Source of the DNA: the human T2T-CHM13v2.0 reference genome, Homo sapiens
Assembly: GCF_009914755.1 (NCBI RefSeq)
Contig: NC_060940.1
Direction: 5' to 3' (one strand)
DNA: 64,000 nucleotides
Shown: positions 12,654 to 28,200 of the stretch, piece by piece
How the letters are laid out: each line of letters starts with the position of its first letter
Numbering within the stretch: the first letter of the stretch is position 1
Made by a program: the position numbers and the translations under genes
Notes under the pieces: generated by a model
What the model was told of the DNA's origin: nothing
What the model saw: only the letters and a program-made list of their open reading frames with translations
Databases searched by the model: none

Positions 12654-15600
12654 ATTCCATTTGATTCCATGCGACGGTGAGCAATTCGATTCAATTCCAT
12701 GATGATTCTATTTGATTCAATTAGATGATGTTTCCATTCGAATCCATTCCATGATTATTCCATTGGAATCCATTCGGCGATGATTCCATATGAGTCAATT
12801 CAATGATGATTCCATATGTGTCCGTTCGATGATAATTCCATTTGATTTCATTCGATGCTTCTATTCTATTCCAGTCGATGATGATTCCGTTGGAGTCCAT
12901 ACGATGATTCCATTTGATTTCATTTAATGATGATTCCATTCGATGATGATTACATTGGATTCCATTCTATGATTCCATTCAATTCCATTCGTTGATGATT
13001 CGATTCCATTCAATGATGATTCCATTTGAGTTCATTCGATGATTCTATTCGATTCCGTTCGATGGTGATTCAATTCTATTATATTGGATGATTCCACTCG
13101 ATTCCATTTGATGATTATTCCATTGGAGTCCACTTAGTGAATCCTTTAGATTCTACTCGACGATTATTCCATTCGAGTCCATTCGATGATACCATTCAAT
13201 TCCATTCGTTGATGCTTCCATTCAAGTGCATTTGATGATATCATTCGATTCCATTTGATGATAATTCCATTTGATTTCATTCGATGCTTCTATTCTATTC
13301 CAGTCGATGATGATTCCGTTGGAGTCCATACGATGATTCCATTTGATTTCATTTGATGATGATTCCATTCGATGATGATTACATTGGATTCCATTCTATG
13401 ATTCCATTCAATTCCATTCGTTGATGATTCGATTCCATTCAATGATGATTCCATTTGAGTTCATTCGATGATTCTATTCGATTCCGTTCGATGGTGATTC
13501 AATTCTATTATATTGGATGATTCCAGTCGATTCCATTTGATGATTATTCCATTGGAGTCCACTTAGTGAATCCTTTAGATTCTACTCGACGATGATTCCA
13601 TTCGAGTCCATTCGATGATACCATTCAATTCCATTCGTTGATGCTTCCATTCAAGTGCATTCGATGATATCATTCGATTCCATTTGATGATAATTCCATT
13701 TGATTCCATGCGATGATTCTATTCGATTCCATTCAATGATAATTCCATTCAATTCAGTGATTCCTCTGGACTCCATTTGATGATGATTCCATTCAATGAT
13801 TCCATTCGATTCTATTCGAAAATGATTCCATTTGAATCCATTTGATGATGATTCCATTAGATTCCATTTGATGATTCCATTCGATTCCATTCGACGATGA
13901 TTCCATTCGATTCCGTTTGATGATTCCATTCTATTCTATTCGATGATGATTCCATTCGATTCCATTCGATGATGATTGGATTCGATTTCATTTGATGATT
14001 TCATTTGATTCCATTCGTTAATGATTTCGATCAATTCCATTCGATGATTCCATTCGATTCCATTCGATAATGATTACATCCGAGTCCATTCGATGATTCC
14101 CTTTGAGCCTGTTCGATAATTCCATTTGAGTCCAACCAATGATTCCATTCATTTCCATTCAATGATTCCATTCGAGTCCATTTGATCATTCCGGTAGGGT
14201 CCATTCGATGTTGATTCCATTGGAGTGCATTCGATGATTCCATTCGAGTCCATTTTAGGATTTGATTCGAGTCCTTTCGATGATTCCATTCGATTCCACT
14301 CGATGATGATTTCATTCGAGTCCATTCGACACTTCCAATCGATTCCATTTGATGATTCCATTCGAGTCCAATTGATGATTCCATTCAATTCCATTCGATG
14401 ATGATTCCGTACGATTCCATTCTGTGATGATTCCATGTGATTGCATTCAATGATGATTCCTTTCGATTGCATTCGATTATGATTCATTTCGTGTTCATTC
14501 TATGGTTCCACAGGTTTCCATTCGTGTCCATTCCATTATTCCATTCTATTCCATTTGATGATGATTCCATTCGATTCCATTCATTGGTGATTCCACTCAA
14601 TTCCATTCAATGATTCCATTCCATTTCTTTCAACAATGATTCCATTAGTTTCTAATCGATGATCCACTTGATTCCATTTGACGACGATTCCATTCTTGTC
14701 CATTCGATGATTCCATTTGATTCCATATGATGATGATTCCATTCGATTCCATACCATGATGATTCCATTCGAGTCCATTCAATGGTGATTCCATTCAATT
14801 CCATTCGATGATTCCTTTCTATTCCATTCGATGATGATGGCATTCGATTCCTTTCAATCATTCCCTTTGATTCCATTCCGAGGTGATTTCATTCAAGTCC
14901 ATTCGATAATTGCATTCGATTCCATTCTATGATGATTCCATTCGAGTCCATTTGATGATTCCATTCAATTCAAGTCAATGATGATTCCATTCGATTCCAT
15001 TCGATGATTCCATTGGATTCCATTCGATGATGATTCCATTCAAATCCATTCGATAATTCAATTCAAGTCCATTCGATGATGATTCCAATCGAATCCATTC
15101 AAAGATTCCATTCAGTTCCATTCGATGATTCCCTTAGATTCCATTCGATGATTCCACTTGATTGCATTTACGATGATTCCATTCGATTCCATGTGATGAT
15201 TCCATTCAATTCTATTCAATGATGTCTCCATTTGATTCCATTCGACCATGATTGCCTTTGATTCCATTCAATGATTCCATTCGGTTCCGTTTGATGATGA
15301 TTCCGTTCGATTCCATTTGATGATTCCATTTGATTCCATTGGATGAGTCCATTCGATTACATTCGATGATTATTCCATTCGAGTGCATTAGATGATTCCA
15401 TTCGAGTCCATTCGATGATTCCATTCGATTCCATTCGATGTTGATTCTGTTCAAATCCATTCGATGATTCCACTCGATTCCATTCGTTGACTCCATTTGA
15501 TCCCATTCGATGATTTCCTTTGATTCCCTTTGATGATCATTCCATTTGATTCAATTCGGTGATTTCATTTGATTCCATTCAGTGATGTTTCCATTCGACT

Positions 15601-18600
15601 CCATTCGATGATGATTCCATTCGACTCCATTCGATTATGATTTCATTCAATTCCATTCGATAATGATTCCCTTCGAGTCCATTCGATGATTCCATTCGAT
15701 TCCATTCAACGATGATTTGATTCGTGTCCATTCGATGATTCCATTTGATTCCACTTGATGATGATTCCATTCGAGTCCATTTGATGATTCCATTCAATTC
15801 CATACTCCGATGATTTCTTTTGAGCCCACTCAATGCTTCCACTCGATTCCATATGATGATGACTCCATTCAATGAAATTCGATGATGATTCCATTCGCTT
15901 GCTTTCGATGATGATTCCACTTGAGTCCGTTAGAAGATTCTATTCAATTACATTCCATGACGATTCCGTTCGAGTCCATTTGATGATTCCATTAGACTCC
16001 ATTCGACGATGATTCCATTCGATGTTATTCGATGATTCCATTCGATCTCATTCGATGATGATTCCATTCAACTCCATTCGATGTTTCCATTCGAGTTCAT
16101 TCTATTATTCCATTAGATTCCATTCGATGATGATTCCATTCGATTCCATTTAATGATTGCATTCTATTTCATTTGATGATGATTCCATTCGAGTCCACTC
16201 GATGATTCCATTCGAGTCCATTTAATGAATCCATTGGTTTCAATTCTATGATGATTACATTGGATTCCATTCGTTGATGATTTCATTCGGTTCCTTTCAA
16301 TGATGATTCCATTCAATTCCTTTCAATGTTTCCATTCAATTCCATACGATGATGATTCCATTTGATTTGATTCGACAGTGAGCCATTCGATTCAATTCCA
16401 TGATGATTCTATTTGATTCAATTGGTTGACATTTCCATTCGATTCCATTCGATGATGATTCCCTTTGATTCCGTTCAAAGATGATTCCATTCTAGCCCAT
16501 TCAATCATTCCATTCGATTCTATTCAATGATGATTCCATTCATGTCGATTTGGTGATTCCATTTGACTTCATTTGATGATGATTCCTTTCAAGTTCATTA
16601 GATGATTCCATTCGATTCCATTTGATGATGATCCCATTCGAGTCTATTCAGTGATACCATTCGTTTCCATTCCATGATGATTCCATTCCATTCCATTCAA
16701 TGATTCCATTCGATTCCGTTTGATGATGATTTCATTCGAGTCCATTTGATGATTCCATTTGATTCCATTCGATGATGATTCCATTCGAGTCCATTCGATG
16801 ATTCTATTCGAATCCATTTGATGATTTCTTTTGATTATAGTTGGTGATGATTCCATTGGAGTCCATTCAATGATTCCATTCTATTCCAATCGATGATGAT
16901 TCCATTAGAGTCCATTTAATGATTCCATTTGATTCCAGTCTCTGATGATTACATTCGAGTCCATACGATGATTCCACTCAATTCCATATGATGATGATTC
17001 CATTTGATTCCATTCGGTGATTCCATTCTATTCTATTCAATGGTGATTCCATTCGAGTACATTAGATGATTCCATTCGATTCCATTCAATGATGATTCTA
17101 TTTGTGTCCCTTAGATGATTCCACATGATTCCATTAGATGATGATACTATTTGAGCCCATCCAATGATTCCCTTCGATTCCATTCGATGAGGATTCAATT
17201 CGATTCAATTCATTGGTGATTCTATTCAATTCAATTCTTTGATTCCATTCCATTCCATTCGACAATGATTCCATTCGATTTCTTTCAATGATTCCACTCG
17301 ATTCCACTTGACATTGATTCCATTCGATTCCATTCAATGATTCCATTTGATTCCAGTGGATGATGATTGCCATCGATTCCATTCGATCACTCCATTCTAT
17401 TCCATTTGATGATGATTACATTCGATTCCATTTGATGATTCCATCTGATTCTATTCGAGGATTCCATTTGATTCCATTCGATGATGATTCCATTCGAGTC
17501 CATTCGATGATTTCATTCGAGTACATCCAATGATTCCATTCGAGTCCATTAGATGATTCCATTTGATTCCATTTGAAAATGATTCTACTAGAGTCCATTC
17601 AATGACTCCATTCGAGTCCATTCAACAATTCCATTCGACTCCATTCGATGATTCCATTCGATTCCATTTGATGGTTCCATTCGAGTCCATTTAATCATTA
17701 CAGTCGAGTCCATTTGGTGATTCCACTGGATTTCTTTTGATAATGATACCATTCAATTACATTTGATGATGATCCCATTCAATTTCATTTGATGATGATT
17801 CCATTAGAGTCCATTCGATGATTTCATTCGAGTCCCTTCATTGATTCCATCCGATTTCATTGGATGATGACTCCATTCGAGTCCATTCGATGATTCCACT
17901 CGATTCCATTAGATGACTCCATTGGAGTCCATTTGATTGTTCCATTCGATTCCATTCGATTCCTTTCGAAGATTATTCCATTTGAGTCCATTCGATGATG
18001 ATTCCATTCCATTCCATTCGATGATTCCGTTTGATTCCATTCGATGATTCCCTTCGATTCCTTTCTTTGATGATTCCATTCCATTCCATTCAATGATTCC
18101 ATTCGAATCTATTCCATGATGATTCCTTTCGATTCCATTCGCTGATGTTTCCGTTCAATTCCATTCGATGATGATTCCATTCGATTCCATTCATTGAGGA
18201 TTCCATTTGATTCCATTCAATGATGATTCCATTCTATTCCATTCAATGATTGCATTCAATTCCATTCAATGATTATCCCATTAGAGTAAACTCAACGATT
18301 CCATTCAATACCATTCGATGATGATTCCTTTTGAGTCCATTCAATGATTTCATTCAAGTCCATTTGATGATTCCTTTCAATTCCATTCTATGATGATTCC
18401 ATTCGAGTCCATTCGATGATTCCATTCGATTGCATTCGATGATTCCATTATATTCCATTCAACGGTGATTCCATTCGAGTCCATTCCATGATTCCATTAG
18501 AGTACATTTAATGATTGCCTTGTTTTCAATTCGATGATGATTACATTGGATTCCATTCTATGATACCATTCGATTCCATTCAATGATGATTCCACTCAAA

Positions 18601-19194
18601 TCCATTGGATGATTCCATTCATGTCCATTCGGTGATTTCATTAGATTCCATTCGAGGATGATTCCATTCGATTCCATTCGATGATTCCATTCAATTCCAT
18701 TCGATGATGATTCCATTCCAGTCCATATGATCATTCCATTTGATTTCATTCGATGATGATTCCATTCGATTCCATTCGACGATTCCATTCTATTCCATTC
18801 GATGATGATTCCATTCGAGTCCATTCGATCATTCCATTCGAGTCCATTTAATGATTCCATTGGGTTCAATTCAATGATGATTACATTGGATTCCGTTCTA
18901 TGATTCCATTCAATTCCATTCATTGACAATTTGATTCCATTCGATGATGATTCCATTTGAGTTCATTCGATGATTCTATTCGATTCTCTTCGATGGTGAT
19001 TCAATTCTATTATATTGGATGATTCCATTCGATTCCATTTGATGTTGATTCAATTCGATTCTATTCGATGATGATTCCATTGGATTTCACTTGATGATTC
19101 TATTCGATTCCATTCAATGATGATTCACTTCTCGTCCATTGGATGATTCCATTTCATTCCATTCGATGATGATTCCATTCGATTCCATTCGATG
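12654..19194 (+). repeat. HOR unit 3 (6541 bp = 6112 + 429-bp tandem duplication)
   Basis: Landmarks at 12671 and 19212; GATAATTCCATTTGATTTCATTCGATGCTTC present at 12831 and again at 13260. Confidence 0.9.
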
Positions 19195-22100
19195 ATTCCA
19201 TTTGATTCCATGCGACGGTGAGCAATTCGATTCAATTCCATGATGATTCTATTTGATTCAATTAGATGATGTTTCCATTCGAATCCATTCCATGATTATT
19301 CCATTGGAATCCATTCGGCGATGATTCCATATGAGTCAATTCAATGATGATTCCATATGGGTCCGTTCGATGATAATTCCATTTGATTTCATTCGATGCT
19401 TCTATTCTATTCCAGTCGATGATGATTCCGTTGGAGTCCATACGATGATTCCATTTGATTTCATTTGATGATGATTCCATTCGATGAGGATTACATTGGA
19501 TTCCATTCTATGATTCCATTCAATTCCATTCGTTGATGATTCGATTCCATTCAATGATGATTCCATTTGAGTTCATTCGATGATTCTATTCGATTCCGTT
19601 CGATGGTGATTCAATTCTATTATATTGGATGATTCCACTCGATTCCATTTGATGATTATTCCATTGGAGTCCACTTAGTGAATCCTTTAGATTCTACTCG
19701 ACGATGATTCCATTCGAGTCCATTCGATGATACCATTCAATTCCATTCGTTGATGCTTCCATTCAAGTGCATTCGATGATATCATTCGATTCCATTTGAT
19801 GATAATTCCATTTGATTCCATGCGATGATTCTATTCGATTCCATTCAATGATAATTCCATTCAATTCAGTGATTCCTCTGGACTCCATTTGATGATGATT
19901 CCATTCAATGATTCCATTCGATTCTATTCCAAAATGATTCCATTTGAATCCATTTGATGATGATTCCATTAGATTCCATTTGATGATTCCATTCGATTCC
20001 ATTCGACGATGATTCCATTCGATTCCGTTTGATGATTCCATTCTATTCTATTCGATGATGATTCCATTCGATTCCATTCGATGATGATTGGATTCGATTC
20101 CATTTGATGATTTCATTTGATTCCATTCGTTAATGATTTCGATCAATTCCATTCGATGATTCCATTCGATTCCATTCGATAATGATTACATCCGAGTCCA
20201 TTCGATGATTCCCTTTGAGCCTGTTCGATAATTCCATTTGAGTCCAACCAATGATTCCATTCATTTCCATTCAATGATTCCATTCGAGTCCATTTGATCA
20301 TTCCGGTAGGGTCCATTCGATGTTGATTCCATTGGAGTGCCTTCGATGATTCCATTCGAGTCCATTTTAGGATTTGATTCGAGTCCTTTCGACGATTCCA
20401 TTCAATTCCACTCGATGATGATTTCATTCGAGTCCATTCGACACTTCCAATCGATTCCATTTGATGATTCCATTCGAGTCCAATTGATTATTCCATTCAA
20501 TTCCATTCGATGATGATTCCGTACGATTCCATTCTGTGATGATTGCATGTGATTGCATTCAATGATGATTCCTTTCGATTGCATTCGATTATGATTCATT
20601 TCGTGTTCATTCTATGGTTCCACAGGTTTCCATTCGTGTCCATTCCATTATTCCATTCTATTCCATTTGATGATGATTCCATTCGATTCCATTCATTGGT
20701 GATTCCACTCAATTCCATTCAATGATTCCATTCCATTTCTTTCAACAATGATTCCATTAGTTTCTAATCGATGATCCACTTGATTCCATTTGACGACGAT
20801 TCCATTCTTGTCCATTCGATGATTCCATTTGATTCCATATGATGATGATTCCATTCGATTCCATACCATGATGATTCCATTCGAGTCCATTCAATGGTGA
20901 TTCCATTCAATTCCATTCGATGATTCCTTTTGATTCCATTCGATGATGATGGCATTCGATTCCTTTCAATCATTCCCTTTGATTCCATTCAAAGGTGATT
21001 TCATTCAAGTCCATTCGATAATTGCATTCGATTCCATTCTATGATGATTCCATTCGAGTCCATTTGATGATTCCATTCAATTCAAGTCAATGATGATTCC
21101 ATTCGATTCCATTCGATGATTCCATTGGATTCCATTCGATGATGATTCCATTCAAATCCATTCGATAATTCAATTCAAGTCCATTCGATGATGATTCCAA
21201 TCGAATCCATTCAAAGATTCCATTCAGTTCCATTCGATGATTCCCTTAGATTCCATTCGATGATTCCACTTGATTGCATTTACGATGATTCCATTCGATT
21301 CCATGTGATGATTCCATTCAATTCTATTCAATGATGTCTCCATTTGATTCCATTCGACCATGATTGCCTTTGATTCCATTCAATGATTCCATTCGGTTCC
21401 GTTTGATGATGATTCCGTTCGATTCCATTTGATGATTCCATTTGATTCCATTGGATGAGTCCATTCGATTACATTCGATGATTATTCCATTCGAGTGCAT
21501 TAGATGATTCCATTCGAGTCCATTCGATGATTCCATTCGATTCCATTCGATGTTGATTCTGTTCAAATCCATTCGATGATTCCACTCGATTCCATTCGTT
21601 GACTCCATTTGATCCCATTTGATGATTTCCTTTGATTCCCTTTGATGATCATTCCATTTGATTCAATTCGGTGATTTCATTTGATTCCATTCAGTGATGT
21701 TTCCATTCGACTCCATTCGATGATGATTCCATTCGACTCCATTCGATTATGATTTCATTCAATTCCATTCGATAATGATTCCCTTCGAGTCCATTCGATG
21801 ATTCCATTCGATTCCATTCAACGATGATTTGATTCGTGTCCATTCGATGATTCCATTTGATTCCACTTGATGATGATTCCATTCGAGTCCATTTGATGAT
21901 TCCATTCAATTCCATACTCCGATGATTTCTTTTGAGCCCACTCAATGCTTCCACTCGATTCCATATGATGATGACTCCATTCGATGAAATTCGATGATGA
22001 TTCCATTCGCTTGCTTTCGATGATGATTCCACTTGAGTCCGTTAGAAGATTCTATTCAATTACATTCCATGACGATTCCGTTCGAGTCCATTTGATGATT

Positions 22101-25100
22101 CCATTAGACTCCATTCGACGATGATTCCATTCGATGTTATTCCATGATTCCATTCGATCTCATTCGATGATGATTCCATTCAACTCCATTCGATGTTTCC
22201 ATTCGAGTTCATTCTATTATTCCATTAGATTCCATTCGATGATGATTCCATTCGATTCCATTTGATGATTGCATTCTATTTCATTTGATGATGATTCCAT
22301 TCGAGTCCACTCGATGATTCCATTCGAGTCCATTTAATGAATCCATTGGTTTCAATTCTATGATGATTACATTGGATTCCATTCGTTGATGATTTCATTC
22401 GGTTCCATTCAATGATGATTCCATTCAATTCCTTTCAATGTTTCCATTCAATTCCATACGATGATGATTCCATTTGATTTGATTCGACAGTGAGCCATTC
22501 GATTCAATTCCATGATGATTCTATTTGATTCAATTGGTTGACATTTCCATTCGATTCCATTCGATGATGATTCCCTTTGATTCCGTTCCAAGATGATTCC
22601 ATTCTAGCCCATTCAATCATTCCATTCGATTCTATTCAATGATGATTCCATTCATGTCGATTTGGTGATTCCATTTGACTTCATTTGATGATGATTCCTT
22701 TCAAGTTCATTAGATGATTCCATTCGATTCCATTTGATGATGATCCCATTCGAGTCCATTCAGTGATTCCATTCGTTTCCATTCCATGATGATTCCATTC
22801 CTTTCCATTCAATGATTCCATTCGATTCCGTTTGATGATGATTTCATTCGAGTCCATTTGATGATTCCATTTGATTCCATTCGATGATGATTCCATTCGA
22901 GTCCATTCGATGATTCTATTCGAATCCATTTGATGATTTCTTTTGATTATATTTGGTGATGATTCCATTGGAGTCCATTCAATGATTCCATTCTATTCCA
23001 ATCGATGATGATTCCATTAGAGTCCATTTAATGATTCCATTTGATTCCAGTCTCTGATGATTACATTCGAGTCCATACGATGATTCCACTCAATTCCATA
23101 TGATGATGATTCCATTTGATTCCATTCGGTGATTCCATTCTATTCTATTCAATGGTGATTCCATTCGAGTACATTAGATGATTCCATTCGATTCCATTCA
23201 ATGATGATTCTATTTGTGTCCCTTAGATGATTCCACATGATTCCATTAGATGATGATACTATTTGAGCCCATCCAATGATTCCCTTCGATTCCATTCGAT
23301 GAGGATTCCATTCGATTCAATTCATTGGTGATTCTATTCAATTCAATTCTTTGATTCCATTCCATTCCATTCGACAATGATTCCATTCGATTTCTTTCGA
23401 TGATTCCACTCGATTCCACTTGACATTGATTCCATTCGATTCCATTCAATGATTCCATTTGATTCCAGTGGATGATGATTGCCATCGATTCCATTCGATC
23501 ACTCCATTCTATTCCATTTGATGATGATTACATTCGATTCCATTTGATGATTCCATCTGATTCTATTCGAGGATTCCATTTGATTCCATTCGATGATGAT
23601 TCCATTCGAGTCCATTCGATGATTTCATTCGAGTACATCCAATGATTCCATTCGAGTCCATTAGATGATTCCATTTGATTCCATTTGAAAATGATTCTAC
23701 TAGAGTCCATTCAATGACTCCATTCGAGTCCATTCAACAATTCCATTCGACTCCATTCGATGATTCCATTCGATTCCATTTGATGGTTCCATTCGAGTCC
23801 ATTTAATCATTACAGTCGAGCCCATTTGTTGATTCCACTGGATTTCTTTTGATAATGATACCATTCAATTACATTTGATGATGATCCCATTCAACTTCAT
23901 TTGATGATGATTCCATTAGAGTCCATTCGATGATTTCATTCGAGTCCCTTCATTGATTCCATCCGATTTCATTGGATGATGACTCCATTCGAGTCCATTC
24001 GATGATTCCACTCGATTCCATTAGATGACTCCATTGGAGTCCATTTGATTGTTCCATTCGATTCCATTCGATTCCTTTCGAAGATTATTCCATTTGAGTC
24101 CATTCGATGATGATTCCATTCCATTCCATTCGATGATTCCGTTTGATTCCATTCGATGATTCCCTTCGATTCCTTTCTTTGATGATTCCATTCCATTCCA
24201 TTCAATGATTCCATTCGAATCTATTCCATGATGATTCCTTTCGATTCCATTCGCTGATGTTTCCGTTCAATTCCATTCGATGATGATTCCATTCGATTCC
24301 ATTCATTGAGGATTCCATTTGATTCCATTCAATGATGATTCCATTCTATTCCATTCAATGATTGCATTCAATTCCATTCAATGATTATCCCCTTAGAGTA
24401 AACTCAACGATTCCATTCAATACCATTCGATGATGATTCCTTTTGAGTCCATTCAATGATTTCATTCAAGTCCATTTGATGATTCCTTTCAATTCCATTC
24501 TATGATGATTCCATTCGAGTCCATTCGATGATTCCATTCGATTGCATTCGATGATTCCATTATATTCCATTTAACGGTGATTCCATTCGAGTCCATTCCA
24601 TGATTCCATTAGAGTACATTTAATGATTGCTTTGTTTTCAATTCGAAGATGATTAAATTGGATTCCATTCTATGATACCATTCGATTCCATTCAATGATG
24701 ATTCCACTCAAATCCATTGGATGATTCCATTCGTGTCCATTCGGTGATTTCATTAGATTCCATTCGAGGATGATTCCATTCAATTCCATTCGATGATGAT
24801 TCCATTCCAGTCCATATGATCATTCCATTTGATTTCATTCGATGATGATTCCATTCGATTCCATTCGATGATTCCATTCTATTCCATTCGATGATGATTC
24901 CATTCGAGTCCATTCGATGATTCCATTCGAGTCCATTTAATGATTCCATTGGGTTCAATTCAATGATGATTACATTGGATTCCGTTCTATGATTCCATTC
25001 AATTCCGTTCATTGACAATTTGATTCCATTCGATGATGATTCCATTTGAGTTCATTCGATGATTCTATTCGATTCTCTTTGATGGTGATTCAATTCTATT

Positions 25101-25283
25101 ATATTGGATGATTCCATTCGATTCCATTTGATGTTGATTCAATTCGATTCTATTCGATGATGATTCCATTGGATTTCACTTGATGATTCTATTCGATTCC
25201 ATTCGATGATGATTCACTTCTCGTCCATTGGATGATTCCATTTCATTCCATTCGATGATGATTCCATTCGATTCCATTCGATG
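19195..25283 (+). repeat. HOR unit 4 (6089 bp; 23-bp deletion near 24775)
   Basis: Landmarks at 19212 and 25301; CGAGGATGATTCCATTCAATTCC lacks one 23-bp monomer that other units have. Confidence 0.9.
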
Positions 25284-28200
25284 ATTCCATTTGATTCCAT
25301 GCGACGGTGAGCAATTCGATTCAATTCCATGATGATTCTATTTGATTCAATTAGATGATGTTTCCATTCGAATCCATTCCATGATTATTCCATTGGAATC
25401 CATTCGGCGATGATTCCATATGAGTCAATTCAATGATGATTCCATATGGGTCCGTTCGATGATAATTCCATTTGATTTCATTCGATGCTTCTATTCAATT
25501 CCAGTCGATGATGATTCCGTTGGAGTCCATACGATGATTCCATTTGATTTCATTTGATGATGATTCCATTCGATGATGATTACATTGGATTCCATTCTAT
25601 GATTCCATTCAATTCCATTCGTTGATGATTCGATTCCATTCAATGATGATTCCATTTGAGTTCATTCGATGATTCTATTCGATTCCGTTCGATGGTGATT
25701 CAATTCTATTATATTGGATGATTCCACTCGATTCCATTTGATGATTATTCCATTGGAGTCCACTTAGTGAATCCTTTAGATTCTACTCGACGATGATTCC
25801 ATTCGAGTCCATTCGATGATACCATTCAATTCCATTCATTGATGCTTCCATTCAAGTGCATTTGATGATATCATTCGATTCCATTTGATGATAATTCCAT
25901 TTGATTCCATGCGATGATTCTATTCGATTCCATTCAATGATAATTCCATTCAATTCAGTGATTCCTCTGGACTCCATTTGATGATGATTCCATTCAATGA
26001 TTCCATTCGATTCTATTCGAAAATGATTCCATTTGAATCCATTTGATGATGATTCCATTAGATTCCATTTGATGATTCCATTCGATTCCATTCGACGATG
26101 ATTCCATTCGATTCCGTTTGATGATTCCATTCTATTCTATTCGATGATGATTCCATTCGATTCCATTCGATGATGATTGGATTCGATTCCATTTGATGAT
26201 TTCATTTGATTCCATTCGTTAATGATTTCGATCAATTCCATTCGATGATTCCATTCGATTCCATTCGATAATGATTACATCCGAGTCCATTCGATGATTC
26301 CCTTTGAGCCTGTTCGATAATTCCATTTGAGTCCAACCAATGATTCCATTCATTTCCATTCAATGATTCCATTCGAGTCCATTTGATCATTCCGGTAGGG
26401 TCCATTCGATGTTGATTCCATTGGAGTGCCTTCGATGATTCCATTCGAGTCCATTTTAGGATTTGATTCGAGTCCTTTCGACGATTCCATTCAATTCCAC
26501 TCGATGATGATTTCATTCGAGTCCATTCGACACTTCCAATCGATTCCATTTGATGATTCCATTCGAGTCCAATTGATGATTCCATTCAATTCCATTCGAT
26601 GATGATTCCGTACGATTCCATTCTGTGATGATTGCATGTGATTGCATTCAATGATGATTCCTTTCGATTGCATTCGATTATGATTCATTTCGTGTTCATT
26701 CTATGGTTCCACAGGTTTCCATTCGTGTCCATTCCATTATTCCATTCTATTCCATTTGATGATGATTCCATTCGATTCCATTCATTGGTGATTCCACTCA
26801 ATTCCATTCAATGATTCCATTCCATTTCTTTCAACAATGATTCCATTAGTTTCTAATCGATGATCCACTTGATTCCATTTGACGACGATTCCATTCTTGT
26901 CCATTCGATGATTCCATTTGATTCCATATGATGATGATTCCATTCGATTCCATACCATGATGATTCCATTCGAGTCCATTCAATGGTGATTCCATTCAAT
27001 TCCATTCGATGATTCCTTTTGATTCCATTCGATGATGATGGCATTCGATTCCTTTCAATCATTCCCTTTGATTCCATTCAAAGGTGATTTCATTCAAGTC
27101 CATTCGATAATTGCATTCGATTCCATTCTATGATGATTCCATTCGAGTCCATTTGATGATTCCATTCAATTCAAGTCAATGATGATTCCATTCGATTCCA
27201 TTCGATGATTCCATTGGATTCCATTCGATGATGATTCCATTCAAATCCATTCGATAATTCAATTCAAGTCCATTCGATGATGATTCCAATCGAATCCATT
27301 CAAAGATTCCATTCAGTTCCATTCGATGATTCCCTTAGATTCCATTCGATGATTCCACTTGATTGCATTTACGATGATTCCATTCGATTCCATGTGATGA
27401 TTCCATTCAATTCTATTCAATGATGTCTCCATTTGATTCCATTCGACCATGATTGCCTTTGATTCCATTCAATGATTCCATTCGGTTCCGTTTGATGATG
27501 ATTCCGTTCGATTCCATTTGATGATTCCATTGGATTCCATTGGATGAGTCCATTCGATTACATTCGATGATTATTCCATTCGAGTGCATTAGATGATTCC
27601 ATTCGAGTCCATTCGATGATTCCATTCGATTCCATTCGATGTTGATTCTGTTCAAATCCATTCGATGATTCCACTCGATTCCATTCGTTGACTCCATTTG
27701 ATCCCATTTGATGATTTCCTTTGATTCCCTTTGATGATCATTCCATTTGATTCAATTCGGTGATTTCATTTGATTCCATTCAGTGATGTTTCCATTCGAC
27801 TCCATTCGATGATGATTCCATTCGACTCCATTCGATTATGATTTCATTCAATTCCATTCGATAATGATTCCCTTCGAGTCCATTCGATGATTCCATTCGA
27901 TTCCATTCAACGATGATTTGATTCGTGTCCATTCGATGATTCCATTTGATTCCACTTGATGATGATTCCATTCGAGTCCATTTGATGATTCCATTCAATT
28001 CCATACTCCGATGATTTCTTTTGAGCCCACTCAATGCTTCCACTCGATTCCATATGATGATGACTCCATTCGATGAAATTCGATGATGATTCCATTCGCT
28101 TGCTTTCGATGATGATTCCACTTGAGTCCGTTAGAAGATTCTATTCAATTACATTCCATGACGATTCCGTTCGAGTCCATTTGATGATTCCATTAGACTC

